Of a stretch of 64,000 nt of DNA, positions 34,176 through 44,934 are shown one piece after another. The notes below the pieces were generated by a model that had not been told where the DNA came from, ran no database searches, and saw only the letters and a list, made by a program, of their open reading frames with translations. This DNA is from a virus: IMG/VR virus record IMGVR_UViG_3300049847_000494, positions 1-64,000 of that record. One strand, given 5' to 3'. Position 1 is the stretch's first letter. Every line of letters starts with the position of its first letter. Position numbers and translations under genes: made by a program.

Positions 34176-37031
34176 TTATGATGCTTGAGGCTTAAGTTGA
34201 CCACCGTCAGCCATTGCTTGATATACAGCAGGTGCGAAACCTGGTATAACCAGTGTAAAATCAAAGTTAGAACTACCATCAGGGTTCACAGTCATTGATC
34301 GTGACGTAGCCATAGCATAAACACTACCCCTGGATGGTGCTGCTGCACTTTTAGATAATAAAGGATCCCCTATATTTTTTTCTAACTTAGCTTTGGCATC
34401 ATCTACGTTAGGTGCAAATATGGATTCTACTAAACCAGTAACAGTGTTTGCTATAGTAGCATTATCTAAAATATCCTTCTCTGCTTGAGATTTCGACCCT
34501 ATACTTTTAGATATAGATACGCCAGCCCTGGACAGTAATTCAGGAGTCATAGAACCTGCTACTCCTCCTGCAAGAAGTAAGGCTGGAGCTAATAATCCTC
34601 CTGTAGCTACTGTACCACCAGCTAAAAGCGCGGTTACTGCAGCTACTCCTAACGCTCCACCGATCCTACTTAGTGCAATATCGGTGGCAACTTCACCTGC
34701 TAGTAAAGCTTTACCCTCTTCAGATGCAGCTTTTAGTCTATCTCGTTCAAGATAAAGAGAGGCACCTGCTCCTAAAGCAGTACCAATACTACCTGCTTTA
34801 GGTATCTTTACTTTAGGTATCTTGTCTACTAAATTTTTATTAAAATTCCTAAGTCCTACATTTACTCTTGATATTCTACTTAATGGCGGAGGTGTACCTG
34901 TAGGCGGTATTGTAGGTGTACCTGTAGGCGGTATTGTAGGTGTACCTGATGGTGTACCTGTAGGTTTTAGTCCAAACAAAGCTCGTTCCTCTACTGATAG
35001 GTCATCTGAAATCTCAAGCCAAGCCCTACCAGCATTATTAGCATCATTAGCAGCATTAGCAGCATTAGCAGCAGTAGAAGTAACACTAGCTGTAGCTGAA
35101 GTTGCTTGATTTACCATTCTTGAAAGCGTAGCTGACCTGCTTGCAGCCTCTGCTAGTTTAGCTGCAGCACGTTGTGCGATCATCTGTTTAGATTGTGCAC
35201 CACCTAAAGAAACTAGCAAAGATCCTGCACCTAGACCCCATTTATTTATACCTAGGTCGTTTTCAAGACTACCTAAAGCCAAAGCTAATGTATCCTGGGT
35301 AGGATCCGCACTTCTGGGTTTACCATCTGAACCTACGGCTACTCCTAATGCCTCTCGTTGTTTCTCCTCTTTACTGCCTTTAGCTGCTGCAGCGTTAGCA
35401 CCCCTAAGTAGTTGAGAAAAAGCAGCATCTGCGCCTGGAACACCGTTTGCCATATCGATTGCAACTTGTGCAAGCCTAAGCTGATCAGACGCATTAGCTG
35501 CAACTATACCTTGTCGAGATAATGCCATAGCTACTATTCTAGTGTTGTTAGAGGATCCTGATGTTTGAACTAGCTTTTTAGTATATAATTTTTGTATAGT
35601 AGGTGTATCAAGAATGGTTTTTAAAACATAACCACCTTCATATGCATTAGAACTCACACCTTCTATAAGTTGTTTTTTATCAAACTCCCTAGCCGCTTTA
35701 CCTTGAGCATCCTTAGAATATGATTTATTTTTTAGAATATCATCTACAATAGCTTCCATTTCTGCTTTTGATTTTGAACCCAAATCAGCAGCTACTAAAG
35801 CTTCTATACCATTTACATCTGTAGTTTTACCCCTAGCAGCTATACCACCTATAAGCGTTGCAGCGATTGAATTAGCTGACTCAGCCGAGGCACCATACTT
35901 AGCTACTTGTGCTGTTAGCATTGTATAAGATGCAGCAAGCCCACTTATACTACTATTTTGTGTAGCAACCGAGGCAGCAAATGCACTGGCGTGCTTACTT
36001 AAATCTTGAGCATTTTTAGCTAAAAATTGTGACGTTGCACTGGAGGCATCACCTTGAGCATCTTTTAGTTTACCTGGTAAATAGGATATAGCTACATATT
36101 CGCGACTTACACGAGCTAAATCAGCTGAGGTACCTATACCAAACTTTTTAGATTGGTTGGTAAGCTCCTCCAGCGTTATATTAGCAGGTAAAACACCTAA
36201 CTTTCGTAGATTTACAAAGTTAGTGGTAGTATCGACTATATCTTTCCTAGTTTGAGGATTTACTACATCCAAGTTACCGAGTGTTTGTAACGAATCAGTA
36301 AGATTAGCAGCTTCATCGCGTGATAGACCTAGCTTACGAGCTAAGGTAGTTACACTATAAGCCATCTTACCTTGAGCTTCAGTTTGTACCCTTATATTAG
36401 CTTCTGCTTGAGCAGCCAAATTTATATCAATACCTGTAAATGCGGTATTTTTAGCAGCCATCCCGTAATCAGCTTTACTTATCTCTAAATCTTTCCTAAA
36501 CTCTTTCTGTAATCTTATGGTATCACGGGCTGCCGTAGCATAGTTTTGATAAAAATACTTGCTTGTTTGACCAAAAACCGTGCTTGGTGATGATGAGGGG
36601 TCAGATATAGTCTTAAGATATTCTTGTGTATTTTTTAGTGCTGTTGCCCCCATAGCAACCATCTCAGCACTAACATTCCGTAAACCTTGAGGTATTTTAT
36701 TAAAGGTATTACTAATACCCTCACTTACTTTATTGATTTTTTCAGAGTTCTCAAGCAAACGTTGAAAGGGCTTATCCATTAGCTCAATATTGCGTTCGAT
36801 TTTAGCTGTTATCTTATCCTGCTCTAAAAGAGCAGTATTATGAGCTTTTAGTTGTACAGCTATATTTTTTTCTAAGTCTGCTATCTGTTGTGTAGTTAGG
36901 CTTTTATCCTCTACTAAAGAATTAATTTTAGTGGCTAACTCTTTTTCAGTGTTAGAAAGCTGATTTTTAATCTTCAACAAATTAATTTGTTGCTGAAGTG
37001 CAGCTGTCTCTTTATCTATTGGGTCAGCCAT
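34176..37031 (-). CDS. Tape-measure-like protein (951 aa)
   Basis: Long Ala-rich helical protein with hydrophobic Gly/Ala segments, directly downstream of the frameshifting chaperone pair. Confidence 0.65.
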   Translation of the reverse strand: MADPIDKETAALQQQINLLKIKNQLSNTEKELATKINSLVEDKSLTTQQIADLEKNIAVQLKAHNTALLEQDKITAKIERNIELMDKPFQRLLENSEKINKVSEGISNTFNKIPQGLRNVSAEMVAMGATALKNTQEYLKTISDPSSSPSTVFGQTSKYFYQNYATAARDTIRLQKEFRKDLEISKADYGMAAKNTAFTGIDINLAAQAEANIRVQTEAQGKMAYSVTTLARKLGLSRDEAANLTDSLQTLGNLDVVNPQTRKDIVDTTTNFVNLRKLGVLPANITLEELTNQSKKFGIGTSADLARVSREYVAISYLPGKLKDAQGDASSATSQFLAKNAQDLSKHASAFAASVATQNSSISGLAASYTMLTAQVAKYGASAESANSIAATLIGGIAARGKTTDVNGIEALVAADLGSKSKAEMEAIVDDILKNKSYSKDAQGKAAREFDKKQLIEGVSSNAYEGGYVLKTILDTPTIQKLYTKKLVQTSGSSNNTRIVAMALSRQGIVAANASDQLRLAQVAIDMANGVPGADAAFSQLLRGANAAAAKGSKEEKQREALGVAVGSDGKPRSADPTQDTLALALGSLENDLGINKWGLGAGSLLVSLGGAQSKQMIAQRAAAKLAEAASRSATLSRMVNQATSATASVTSTAANAANAANDANNAGRAWLEISDDLSVEERALFGLKPTGTPSGTPTIPPTGTPTIPPTGTPPPLSRISRVNVGLRNFNKNLVDKIPKVKIPKAGSIGTALGAGASLYLERDRLKAASEEGKALLAGEVATDIALSRIGGALGVAAVTALLAGGTVATGGLLAPALLLAGGVAGSMTPELLSRAGVSISKSIGSKSQAEKDILDNATIANTVTGLVESIFAPNVDDAKAKLEKNIGDPLLSKSAAAPSRGSVYAMATSRSMTVNPDGSSNFDFTLVIPGFAPAVYQAMADGGQLKPQAS
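34890..34964. repeat. 24-bp tandem repeat encoding a PTGTPTIP linker
   Basis: AGGTGTACCTGTAGGCGGTATTGT twice, plus partial copies. Confidence 0.85.
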
Positions 37032-37032
37032 A

Positions 37033-37593
37033 TTACCTACCTAACTTAATACCAGGACCAGGTTTGAATCCAGGTTCCTTGCGTGAACCTCGTATATACA
37101 TATCATCAGGATCACTTGCTTTACGCCCCAAGCGCTGGAAGAATTCTTCCTTACTTAATGTAGACATAGAAACAGATCCAGGTGGAGTATAAGGCATACC
37201 AGGGTCATAATTAAAGTTATCATCACCTTCAGTAGGTTCTATGTTAGAACCACCAAACCTTAATTTAAGCTCTTGAACCAGATTTGGTTTCATAATAAGT
37301 GACAAAGGATATCTTATAATATTAAGATCAGTTGCTTTAACATCCTCAATAGTATCCTCACTACCTATCATTGATTCAACAGCTTCCCGTGTCCAACGTA
37401 AACCTAGTATCTCTTCCAATCGTATAAACTGCTGGGATTCCTCTTCTTTAAAGAAAGCTAATGATATCTCAGCTTGCTCATGGGTAAGATCCAGCAGCCT
37501 TGGATCATTAATCGTGGTTTTCATTTTCGCAGCAAGCTTACCGCGACACCACAAATCATAATCTTCTTGCTTAAGCTGCTCTAGACTAAAGGG
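37033..37593 (-). CDS. Tail assembly chaperone extension (gpT-like), reached by -1 frameshift
   Basis: The -1 frame from C CCT TTA reads PFSLEQLKQEDYDLWCRGKL, in frame with ORF 37033..37554. Confidence 0.75.
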   Translation of the reverse strand, partial: PFSLEQLKQEDYDLWCRGKLAAKMKTTINDPRLLDLTHEQAEISLAFFKEEESQQFIRLEEILGLRWTREAVESMIGSEDTIEDVKATDLNIIRYPLSLIMKPNLVQELKLRFGGSNIEPTEGDDNFNYDPGMPYTPPGSVSMSTLSKEEFFQRLGRKASDPDDMYIRGSRKEPGFKPGPGIKLGR

Positions 37594-38273
37594 CTTTCAA
37601 CCTTCTCTTCACTTAGAGTCTTATATTGACCACCAATCTTTGTATCTAAAGCTTCACGTAGTTCTTCAACTAGATTAAAGAATGAACCACGCAGCTCTTC
37701 CATCAAAGCTGCAGCCGCCTCAAAACGTACGGTAGCTGGTGGGTAATAAGGATCTCTTACCTGATTATCAGTAGGTACATCAAAAACCAAGTAAGTAGGT
37801 GTTGGTAATGCAATAGGATCAAAATTAAAGTCCATAGCACAAACAGAAACTGCTATACTTGTTAAGTTCCAAGCTACAACAAGAGGCAGATCAGTTAGAT
37901 TTCTAGCCTGCTCTAATGCCCACTGAAAATCTTCATACCCCATAGCCCGTAAATGAAAGGTCATAGATAAATTCTCATCACCTTCCCCTTTATATGTGAC
38001 CGTATGTGGTACCTTAGTAATCCGCTTAATACCAAAAGCTTCACGGAATTTCTGCAACTGTAAGGATGGTTTCTTTTTAGGTGGTAGCGTTGCTTGCTTC
38101 ACAGGAGCTTTAGGCGGGACTACGGTATCAGCTGTATATACAGCGCCAAAAGGTGCTGTTACTTCCTCAGCGGAGGAGAATGGATCTTCATCTACAGGCT
38201 TATCCTGACCAGGGTAAGGTAGGTCATCATCACTAATACTGCTAACATCAATACGCTCGCCTAATTTTGACAT
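37581..38273 (-). CDS. Tail assembly chaperone (gpG-like, 230 aa)
   Basis: Lies between tube and tape-measure-like genes and ends at a slippery site; SD AAAGGA. Confidence 0.7.
   Translation of the reverse strand: MSKLGERIDVSSISDDDLPYPGQDKPVDEDPFSSAEEVTAPFGAVYTADTVVPPKAPVKQATLPPKKKPSLQLQKFREAFGIKRITKVPHTVTYKGEGDENLSMTFHLRAMGYEDFQWALEQARNLTDLPLVVAWNLTSIAVSVCAMDFNFDPIALPTPTYLVFDVPTDNQVRDPYYPPATVRFEAAAALMEELRGSFFNLVEELREALDTKIGGQYKTLSEEKVESPLV
37587..37593 (-). promoter_or_regulatory. -1 ribosomal frameshift heptamer C CCT TTA
   Basis: X XXY YYZ in the correct phase, one codon before the TAG. Confidence 0.8.
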
Positions 38274-38355
38274 GTAATAATCCTTTCAAAAGACTGCTTA
38301 ACTAGATTTACAGGAAAATTTAGCAAAAACCTACTATTAAATAACGGGTTTTAAA

Positions 38356-38405
38356 CTAAAAACCCGCTGAAAGTTAGCATGCCTTACGGCAGAGGCTCAG
38401 CGGGT
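38356..38405 (-). terminator. Terminator-like hairpin with a nested GNRA stem-loop
   Basis: Minus strand ACCCGCTGA...TGCC-GTAA-GGCA...TCAGCGGGT followed by TTTT. Confidence 0.7.
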
Positions 38406-38425
38406 GTGCTAATAATATATAACTA

Positions 38426-39634
38426 TTATACTACTGAATCAAGTAGCTTACGAAGCTTAACACCTAAAGAAGACTCCCAGTTAAGAGTGGTCCATGCGCC
38501 GTGTTCTTCAGAAGCTTCAGCAACATCATGCATTTCGTGCTCAGGGATTTCATAAATGCCCTTAGCTTCATCCTTGGTTTCAAGTACATCAAGTAGCCCA
38601 GCATCATAACCATGGCTCTTGAAGTAATCAAGAGTTTTATACTCGTCAGGCGTTAGCTGGATCGTGTAAACACCAGCCTTTTTATTTACAGGTTTTGCAA
38701 CCTTACGATCAATAAGGTCAGCAATAGCAAAAGCTGCCTTAGTCTCACCAGCTGCAGCTAGTTTCTTAGCTAGAGCATAGAGCTTTTTAGCCTGCTTTTC
38801 GTCGGATTCTTCATCTGACTTTTCATCATCTGACTTTTCAGAGGAATCGTCAGAATCTGAATCGTCATCTTCATCAGTATCTTCTGGCTTAACAGCTGGT
38901 GCCATACCACAATCTGACATTGCAGGGATCGCTGGAGCTTTAGGCATATCATCCATAAGATCGTACTTACGGAGCATAGCCTCTACATCTTCATCCATAA
39001 CATCGGAATCAGCTTTATAAGCCTTACCAGGCTCCTTGCTATCCATATCCTCTGCGTCGTCATCTTCATCATCTTCATCGTCGTCAGCATCAGCTGCATC
39101 GTCAGAATCATCATCGGAATCTGACTCATCGTCAGAATCATCATCGGAATCATCTGAATCATCTGAATCATCTGAATCTGCATCAGAATCTTCGGCGGGC
39201 ATACCATCTTCATCCGTGGTATCTACATCTTCTTTATGATCAAGATCTTCTTCTTCCTTCTTGACTTCTTCTGCATACCGGATAACATGGCGAGCTTCCT
39301 TAAGGTCACCATCCTTAATAAGCTCACTAGCAATATCAAGTAACTCTGTATGAGCAGCCTTTAAAACTCGCTTAGCATCGTGCCGGCTAACAGCCAGCTT
39401 TGGCATAGTAGACATCTTCTTCTTGTTCTTCTTACGACGCTTATTGTTTGACTTAGCAGGCTTAGGAGCAGCTTTCTTTGCTTCTACCTTAGTTACACTA
39501 ACAGGCTTATCTTCAAGTAGCTCAGCAGATACTTCATCAATAAGTCCCGCAAGATCTACATTACCCTTGCTTTCAAGCTCTGCCGCCATGAGATCAAGTT
39601 CTGCTACGATAAGTTGATTTTTTTTATGAGCCAT
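38426..39634 (-). CDS. Highly acidic low-complexity protein (402 aa), possible scaffold/internal virion protein
   Basis: Asp/Ser-rich tracts (9-bp DDS repeats), a basic KRRKKNKKK patch and repeated helical motifs. Confidence 0.7.
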   Translation of the reverse strand: MAHKKNQLIVAELDLMAAELESKGNVDLAGLIDEVSAELLEDKPVSVTKVEAKKAAPKPAKSNNKRRKKNKKKMSTMPKLAVSRHDAKRVLKAAHTELLDIASELIKDGDLKEARHVIRYAEEVKKEEEDLDHKEDVDTTDEDGMPAEDSDADSDDSDDSDDSDDDSDDESDSDDDSDDAADADDDEDDEDDDAEDMDSKEPGKAYKADSDVMDEDVEAMLRKYDLMDDMPKAPAIPAMSDCGMAPAVKPEDTDEDDDSDSDDSSEKSDDEKSDEESDEKQAKKLYALAKKLAAAGETKAAFAIADLIDRKVAKPVNKKAGVYTIQLTPDEYKTLDYFKSHGYDAGLLDVLETKDEAKGIYEIPEHEMHDVAEASEEHGAWTTLNWESSLGVKLRKLLDSVV

Positions 39635-39716
39635 TGTGCTTTTTCCTACTTTAATAAAAATCTAGCCAAAAACCTGAACCATTTCAGATTTATAGCTAAA
39701 TTTGAAAAATATTTGC

Positions 39717-40259
39717 TTATACGCCCCTGCTACGACTAACGAAAGCTAATGTTGCATTCATTTTTACAGTAGGTGTGTCTTGAGCTTTGAAACCTTCTGT
39801 ATTTCGATCAGTAAACCAACAACCACGGTAAGTCCATGTACGATTAATATTAGTACCTTGGTATAAATATTCTGTTACTGTAAATGGTCGAGTTTGATCC
39901 ATTAAATCAGCCCAGATAGCAGTATCCCCATAACCAAGAGCTTTTTCTAACTCTTGATTCCATATTTCAATTTTAGTACAATTTACAGTATAACCTTCAT
40001 TTATACCGGGTACGTAATCAACAGGACGACCAAAGGTAAAAGAATTTAACTCGTAAATATGCTCACCTTTACGTGAGTACATTTTAGGTTCCCAAGTCTG
40101 GATTCTCCCGATTAGACTATTTTCCATAACAATAGCAATACCATGATAAGTTTTAGTATCAGGAGAATCAGCCCGACTATAATCTAGCTTTGTACCTAAA
40201 ACACCGAAATTATTCTGAGAAAATCTATTCTGCTGCGGAGTAGCCATGGTATACCTCAA
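39717..40259 (-). CDS. Tail tube protein
   Basis: Downstream of the sheath; IGRIQT, TWTYRGCWF and C-terminal MNATLAF are typical of contractile tail tubes; start may be the ATG four codons in. Confidence 0.75.
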   Translation of the reverse strand: MRYTMATPQQNRFSQNNFGVLGTKLDYSRADSPDTKTYHGIAIVMENSLIGRIQTWEPKMYSRKGEHIYELNSFTFGRPVDYVPGINEGYTVNCTKIEIWNQELEKALGYGDTAIWADLMDQTRPFTVTEYLYQGTNINRTWTYRGCWFTDRNTEGFKAQDTPTVKMNATLAFVSRSRGV

Positions 40260-40322
40260 ATTTTGCTCAAATAGAGCAAAAAGTATATAAAAATAATACC
40301 TTTAAAACTTAAATAACAAGTT

Positions 40323-40760
40323 TTAATACCAAGTTGATACTAAGGCTTGCTCTAATGTTTTACCTTCAGCTAATGCTTCTCTAAACTTTAAACGAGCTTC
40401 TTCAGCGGCTTTAGCAGCTTTTCGCTTATCTGTTTGATGCTCTGCTGCTAATCTACCCGCATGCAACTCTAGATGAGAAGTTAGAACTTCCTTAATTTCA
40501 CGCTGCGAAGCTAATAAGCTTGCATTTACAGTTTTAATCTCATCTATCTCAGACTTAAGTTTGACATTCTCGCTGACTAAGTACTTACGTGTATTATCCA
40601 GATTTTCTTTTGTAGCTAAAGTAGCTAAAAATTGAGCAGCTTGAAATCCAAATAAAACTACCGAAAAGGTAGAGCCTATAACTAGGGTTACCCACGAATG
40701 TGCTTTATGCAACTTCGTGTGCAACGAAGGTATAGGCTCTGTCGCCATTACGGTCCTCAA
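40323..40760 (-). CDS. Membrane-anchored coiled-coil protein
   Basis: One TM helix then coiled coil; a lysis role is possible but unsupported. Confidence 0.6.
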   Translation of the reverse strand: MRTVMATEPIPSLHTKLHKAHSWVTLVIGSTFSVVLFGFQAAQFLATLATKENLDNTRKYLVSENVKLKSEIDEIKTVNASLLASQREIKEVLTSHLELHAGRLAAEHQTDKRKAAKAAEEARLKFREALAEGKTLEQALVSTWY

Positions 40761-40763
40761 CTA

Positions 40764-43700
40764 CTAGGATTGAGAGAATAGTTTGTCATCAACACTATAA
40801 AGACCAAATAGTCTCTTAATAGGATAACGACCATTCCAGTAATACTTGAAGTTATATAATGTCTTAGTAGTAGTATCACGAAATACTTCAATATCTGTAG
40901 AGGGATCGAATGCCCTTTCGTTACCAGCATCATCAGTGTACGCACCAATAATGCCTTTAGTAACTAGATCGCGAAGAATCTGTGCTAAGAAAGTTCTGAC
41001 AACAGCCAAGCCCGCTTGTTCACTTGGAGGAACAATAGCCACCAGACTATCATCCATCTGATCACGAACACTCTTAGTAACATACTGACGTTGATTGATT
41101 GATACGCTAATCTCGTTATTATCAGAAGACGAGGTATCAACCGTAACAGATTCTTCAATTCTAAATACAGGAGCTGCTACACTACCTTGATTAGACAAGT
41201 ATAGAACAGAAGCAGCTTCTAACTGTAGCTCTTCCGATTCTGAGAATGTTTGCATTGACTTGAAGCCTGATACAAACTGTCGTAGTAAGGGAGTACCAGG
41301 GTCTGGAAAGCTAGCATTTTTAGCAGCTATAGCAGCTTGTATAAAAGATCCATCCAAAGTTACATCACTCTGCGACCCATCAGGTAGCGTAATAGTCTTA
41401 ACAGCTTTATTGTTAGCTACTAATACGCGTGTACCATGAGCAGGGTTTGAGCCATAAACCTGTAGAGTTTTCTTAGCTGTAGCTACTGTACTACCCGCAT
41501 TAGTAACACTACCAATTAGTGTACCCACAGGTAAGCCAACCCATAAAGCTCGTTCCTTACGTTCAAAAGGATCATTCATTCTTTCATTAGAAAGCAGCGC
41601 TGTAGCAAGAGAACTGTTACCGTTAAGTACCACGATATCAGTAATCTTGTTATTACCTTCTGTTGCTAAGATAGCGTTGTTTATATCAGATGTTGATATA
41701 ATCCCATCACTATCAGCATCAAAAGCTTGACAAGTATAAACACCAGGTGCACCATTATCACGTAGTGCTAACTCAGACGCAATCAACAGGTCATTACTCT
41801 TACTGGAAGGTCCTAGAAGACGTAAAGCCTCATCATAAGTCAAGCTAAGAATAGGTGTATTATACAGTTCAGCAGGACGCTTGATATTAGCTGTAATGTA
41901 ATAGAAATTCCCAGGTGATGGCTCCTCACCACGATATTCATACGAAATTTCAATACTGCTTGTAGGAGCACTACTTGGTAAGAACCAAACAATAGGAGTA
42001 CCTAGTACATGTGTCGCAGTTAGTAACGTCTGTGTTGCTGCATCTCGGACGGATAGAACACTACCATCTATAGGTGTATGACTCAGAATTACATAAGTAG
42101 CACCGACTGTACCAGTAATAGTACTTAAACCAAGATTATCCTTGTAAAATTCCGTTGTATTGAATACTTCGTTATTAATACGAGAGTATAGATTCCAATC
42201 TATAACATTAGAATTAATAGTAGAAAAAGTAAACTCATCATTAGCCGCGTATCTGTTTTGTGCTAATAATGTACCCACGTTACGAGCATAGGTAAATATA
42301 CCACCAGGTAAACGAAGCTCACCCGTAGTACCAGAAATAGCAGCTGTACCAAACCGACCCTCTGGGGTATCAGTAGTATATTGTACTTGAACAGTATTAG
42401 CAGCTGTGCTTGTCACAGTTATAGTATAGTTACGGCTATCTTTTGCCGTAACAAACCTACGAGGTGCCTTAGCTGTAAAGGTGAATTTATCACCAATAGT
42501 AAAGTTAGAAGTACCAAAAGTAAAAGCTAAATGTATACCAAGTTCTAAAGTAGCATTTAAGTTAGTAGCTGCTGACTCCGAGATATTTATAACACCTTCC
42601 GTGCTTACAGCATGAGCTGTAGTAGCTTCACCGTAACCAACCCACCTAAAGGTAGCTAAACGATTACCAGATAAACCGCTAGCTGCAGTACATACGATGA
42701 TGTAATTACGGTTAGATGTACCAGTATACGTGAAATCTTCTCGCACATCAAGAGCTACTGTTGGATCAGTAGCTGTCTCAACTACAGCCGAAAACTCAGG
42801 ATACTGGTTAGTATTCGATAACGTAGCATCCTTTTCAAGGATGCTTGGACCCACACCTGTAAAGGTTATAAGATTATCAGTTGAAGCAGCAACACCTGTA
42901 TCGCTAAGAGATAAACGAATAATGTCATTAGTAACTGGATCAAGTATAGCAGATTTAGAAGCAGAAGCTGCTACAGTAAACCGAACAGTTTGACCACGAA
43001 CAACCGTAACAATACCCGTATAAGCTTCAGCTACTGCAGAAGCATTTGTGTAGGTGATTTGATTTAAGCCCACATTTACAGAGGCTATCGTAAAGTAACC
43101 ATTATTAGCCGCAGTAGTAGCACCCGACACAACTACAGTTTTACCTACATCTGAAGTAAGTAAGGTTATTCCAGATACTGTAAGTGTCACAGTAGGTGTA
43201 GCAAAAGCAATACCAGCACCCGTAGCAATACCATTGGTAGCTACAGTATCGGCTGTATGGTACGGAGCAGGTGCACCAACTGAGTTACCACCACTACCTA
43301 GTGTAATACGTACTTCTGCATTGATAAAACCACCACCAACCGTAAGTACATCTAAAGTATATACACGATTATAGTTATGTGTGTATGTACCAGATACGGA
43401 TAATACAGGTGTACCTGTACCAGTAACTACGGGTGTAGTGAAGCTATGAAGATTGTAGTTAGCATTAGATGTGTTAGCTGTAATAGAACTCATAGAGACA
43501 GGGATGTTATAATTAACATTCTCTATGTACTTATCTTGACCTTCTGTATCTCCGACAAACCTAACCTCACGAATATCACTAAAAGGGAGTTCATCCTGTA
43601 GGGTTCTTGAATCTGACTGATAATCAATGAAGTAATCCGAGTTAGAGTCGTAGGCTTCAGCCGTGATAAAAACCTGATCAAAGTTACCAGAGTTTACAAC

Positions 43701-44015
43701 AGACTCACGAAAAGACCAAAAAAGATTTGATACAGGGGTACCATCTTCTTTGTAGAGAGTCGAAATGTTTTGATCATTCACAGCTGTATATGCTAGTGTA
43801 GCAGTGTGAGGTGCTGATGAGGTGAAGCTTAAAAGAACACCATTTCTGTAGCTCCTACGAATAGGAATATCATAGAGAGTCTGTAAACGACTACCCTTAC
43901 CAACAAAACAAGGTAAGCGAGCAAAACCACTTAGACCAGTGGGTTGAGGTCTAAATATACGACCAATGTATGCACCAGGTTTCGTTGCACGTGTTGTAGT
44001 GAGAATATCAGCCAT
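40764..44015 (-). CDS. Contractile tail sheath protein (1083 aa) with large insertion domains
   Basis: N-terminal PGAYI..., sheath-like C-terminus (LDGSFIQAAIAA, LVTKGII, YPIKR); SD GAGGT. Confidence 0.8.
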   Translation of the reverse strand: MADILTTTRATKPGAYIGRIFRPQPTGLSGFARLPCFVGKGSRLQTLYDIPIRRSYRNGVLLSFTSSAPHTATLAYTAVNDQNISTLYKEDGTPVSNLFWSFRESVVNSGNFDQVFITAEAYDSNSDYFIDYQSDSRTLQDELPFSDIREVRFVGDTEGQDKYIENVNYNIPVSMSSITANTSNANYNLHSFTTPVVTGTGTPVLSVSGTYTHNYNRVYTLDVLTVGGGFINAEVRITLGSGGNSVGAPAPYHTADTVATNGIATGAGIAFATPTVTLTVSGITLLTSDVGKTVVVSGATTAANNGYFTIASVNVGLNQITYTNASAVAEAYTGIVTVVRGQTVRFTVAASASKSAILDPVTNDIIRLSLSDTGVAASTDNLITFTGVGPSILEKDATLSNTNQYPEFSAVVETATDPTVALDVREDFTYTGTSNRNYIIVCTAASGLSGNRLATFRWVGYGEATTAHAVSTEGVINISESAATNLNATLELGIHLAFTFGTSNFTIGDKFTFTAKAPRRFVTAKDSRNYTITVTSTAANTVQVQYTTDTPEGRFGTAAISGTTGELRLPGGIFTYARNVGTLLAQNRYAANDEFTFSTINSNVIDWNLYSRINNEVFNTTEFYKDNLGLSTITGTVGATYVILSHTPIDGSVLSVRDAATQTLLTATHVLGTPIVWFLPSSAPTSSIEISYEYRGEEPSPGNFYYITANIKRPAELYNTPILSLTYDEALRLLGPSSKSNDLLIASELALRDNGAPGVYTCQAFDADSDGIISTSDINNAILATEGNNKITDIVVLNGNSSLATALLSNERMNDPFERKERALWVGLPVGTLIGSVTNAGSTVATAKKTLQVYGSNPAHGTRVLVANNKAVKTITLPDGSQSDVTLDGSFIQAAIAAKNASFPDPGTPLLRQFVSGFKSMQTFSESEELQLEAASVLYLSNQGSVAAPVFRIEESVTVDTSSSDNNEISVSINQRQYVTKSVRDQMDDSLVAIVPPSEQAGLAVVRTFLAQILRDLVTKGIIGAYTDDAGNERAFDPSTDIEVFRDTTTKTLYNFKYYWNGRYPIKRLFGLYSVDDKLFSQS

Positions 44016-44082
44016 TTTTATGTTACCTCAGGTACTCAGCTTGCACTGTAGACCCAACTTAAAGAATAAGACTATCTAAATT

Positions 44083-44931
44083 TTACAAAGAATTTTTTCC
44101 GCCAATACCTAATTCGTCTTTAAGGCGTTGTTCAAATTTTTTAGCTTTAAACTTATTAAGGTTTATAGATTTCCATTCCTGGTATTCAGCTTCTTCTGAT
44201 TCATATTCTTTTTGTTGTTTAATTTTACGTGCTTGTTGCTCTAATTCTTCTTCCTGTTTTTTTACTATTGCTTTAGCTTTAACTAAAGCATTTTCAAAAA
44301 ATTCATCTAAATCCTCAACTATTTGAGTCAAGAATCCTTTAAAATTAGGATGCCAAGGAATTTTACCTGAAGCAAGAATCAAAGGTTTTTGATTTACTTG
44401 TTGCAAAACAGCTGTATGATTACCTGATTCTGTATCATACACTAAGCTAAGTTTAGTGTTAGCACTAACCGCCTTAGTAGCTCTAACTACAGTGTTATTT
44501 TCAGTCGAAACTTCATATTCATAAATATTATGAAGTTTTCTAGCTATAATATCAAGTACTTCTTCTTTAGGTGGACTAACTACTTTTTCTTCACCACCTA
44601 TTAACTTACGCGCTTCTTGATCAATCATTTCAGCTAAATGATAGGCAGGCTCAAAGTGAAAATCTATCTGACTCCTTTTACCATTTTTGGTACCTATTAA
44701 AACAGCATCAGATCCGAATGTAGGACTAAAAGCAATCCAAGCTATATTATCACCAATAGTTAAGCTATAACCTAAAAGGTTAGAATTCCAACCTAAAGTT
44801 TTAAGCTTAGACTTAATATCAGCTGCTCGTTCACGTTTTTCTTTGTTATTACTAGGATATTGTGCTGTCAGAGCATCGGCGTATACCTCTAAAGAGAGGG
44901 CTAATCTAGCTATATTTTTAGCTGTTGACAC
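44083..44931 (-). CDS. Hypothetical protein (282 aa)
   Basis: Long ORF in the structural region. Confidence 0.65.
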   Translation of the reverse strand: MSTAKNIARLALSLEVYADALTAQYPSNNKEKRERAADIKSKLKTLGWNSNLLGYSLTIGDNIAWIAFSPTFGSDAVLIGTKNGKRSQIDFHFEPAYHLAEMIDQEARKLIGGEEKVVSPPKEEVLDIIARKLHNIYEYEVSTENNTVVRATKAVSANTKLSLVYDTESGNHTAVLQQVNQKPLILASGKIPWHPNFKGFLTQIVEDLDEFFENALVKAKAIVKKQEEELEQQARKIKQQKEYESEEAEYQEWKSINLNKFKAKKFEQRLKDELGIGGKNSL

Positions 44932-44934
44932 AGA

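Noticed and set aside
39090-39190. 9-bp tandem repeats as a non-coding array
   Set aside because: They encode the Asp-Asp-Ser tract of the acidic protein.
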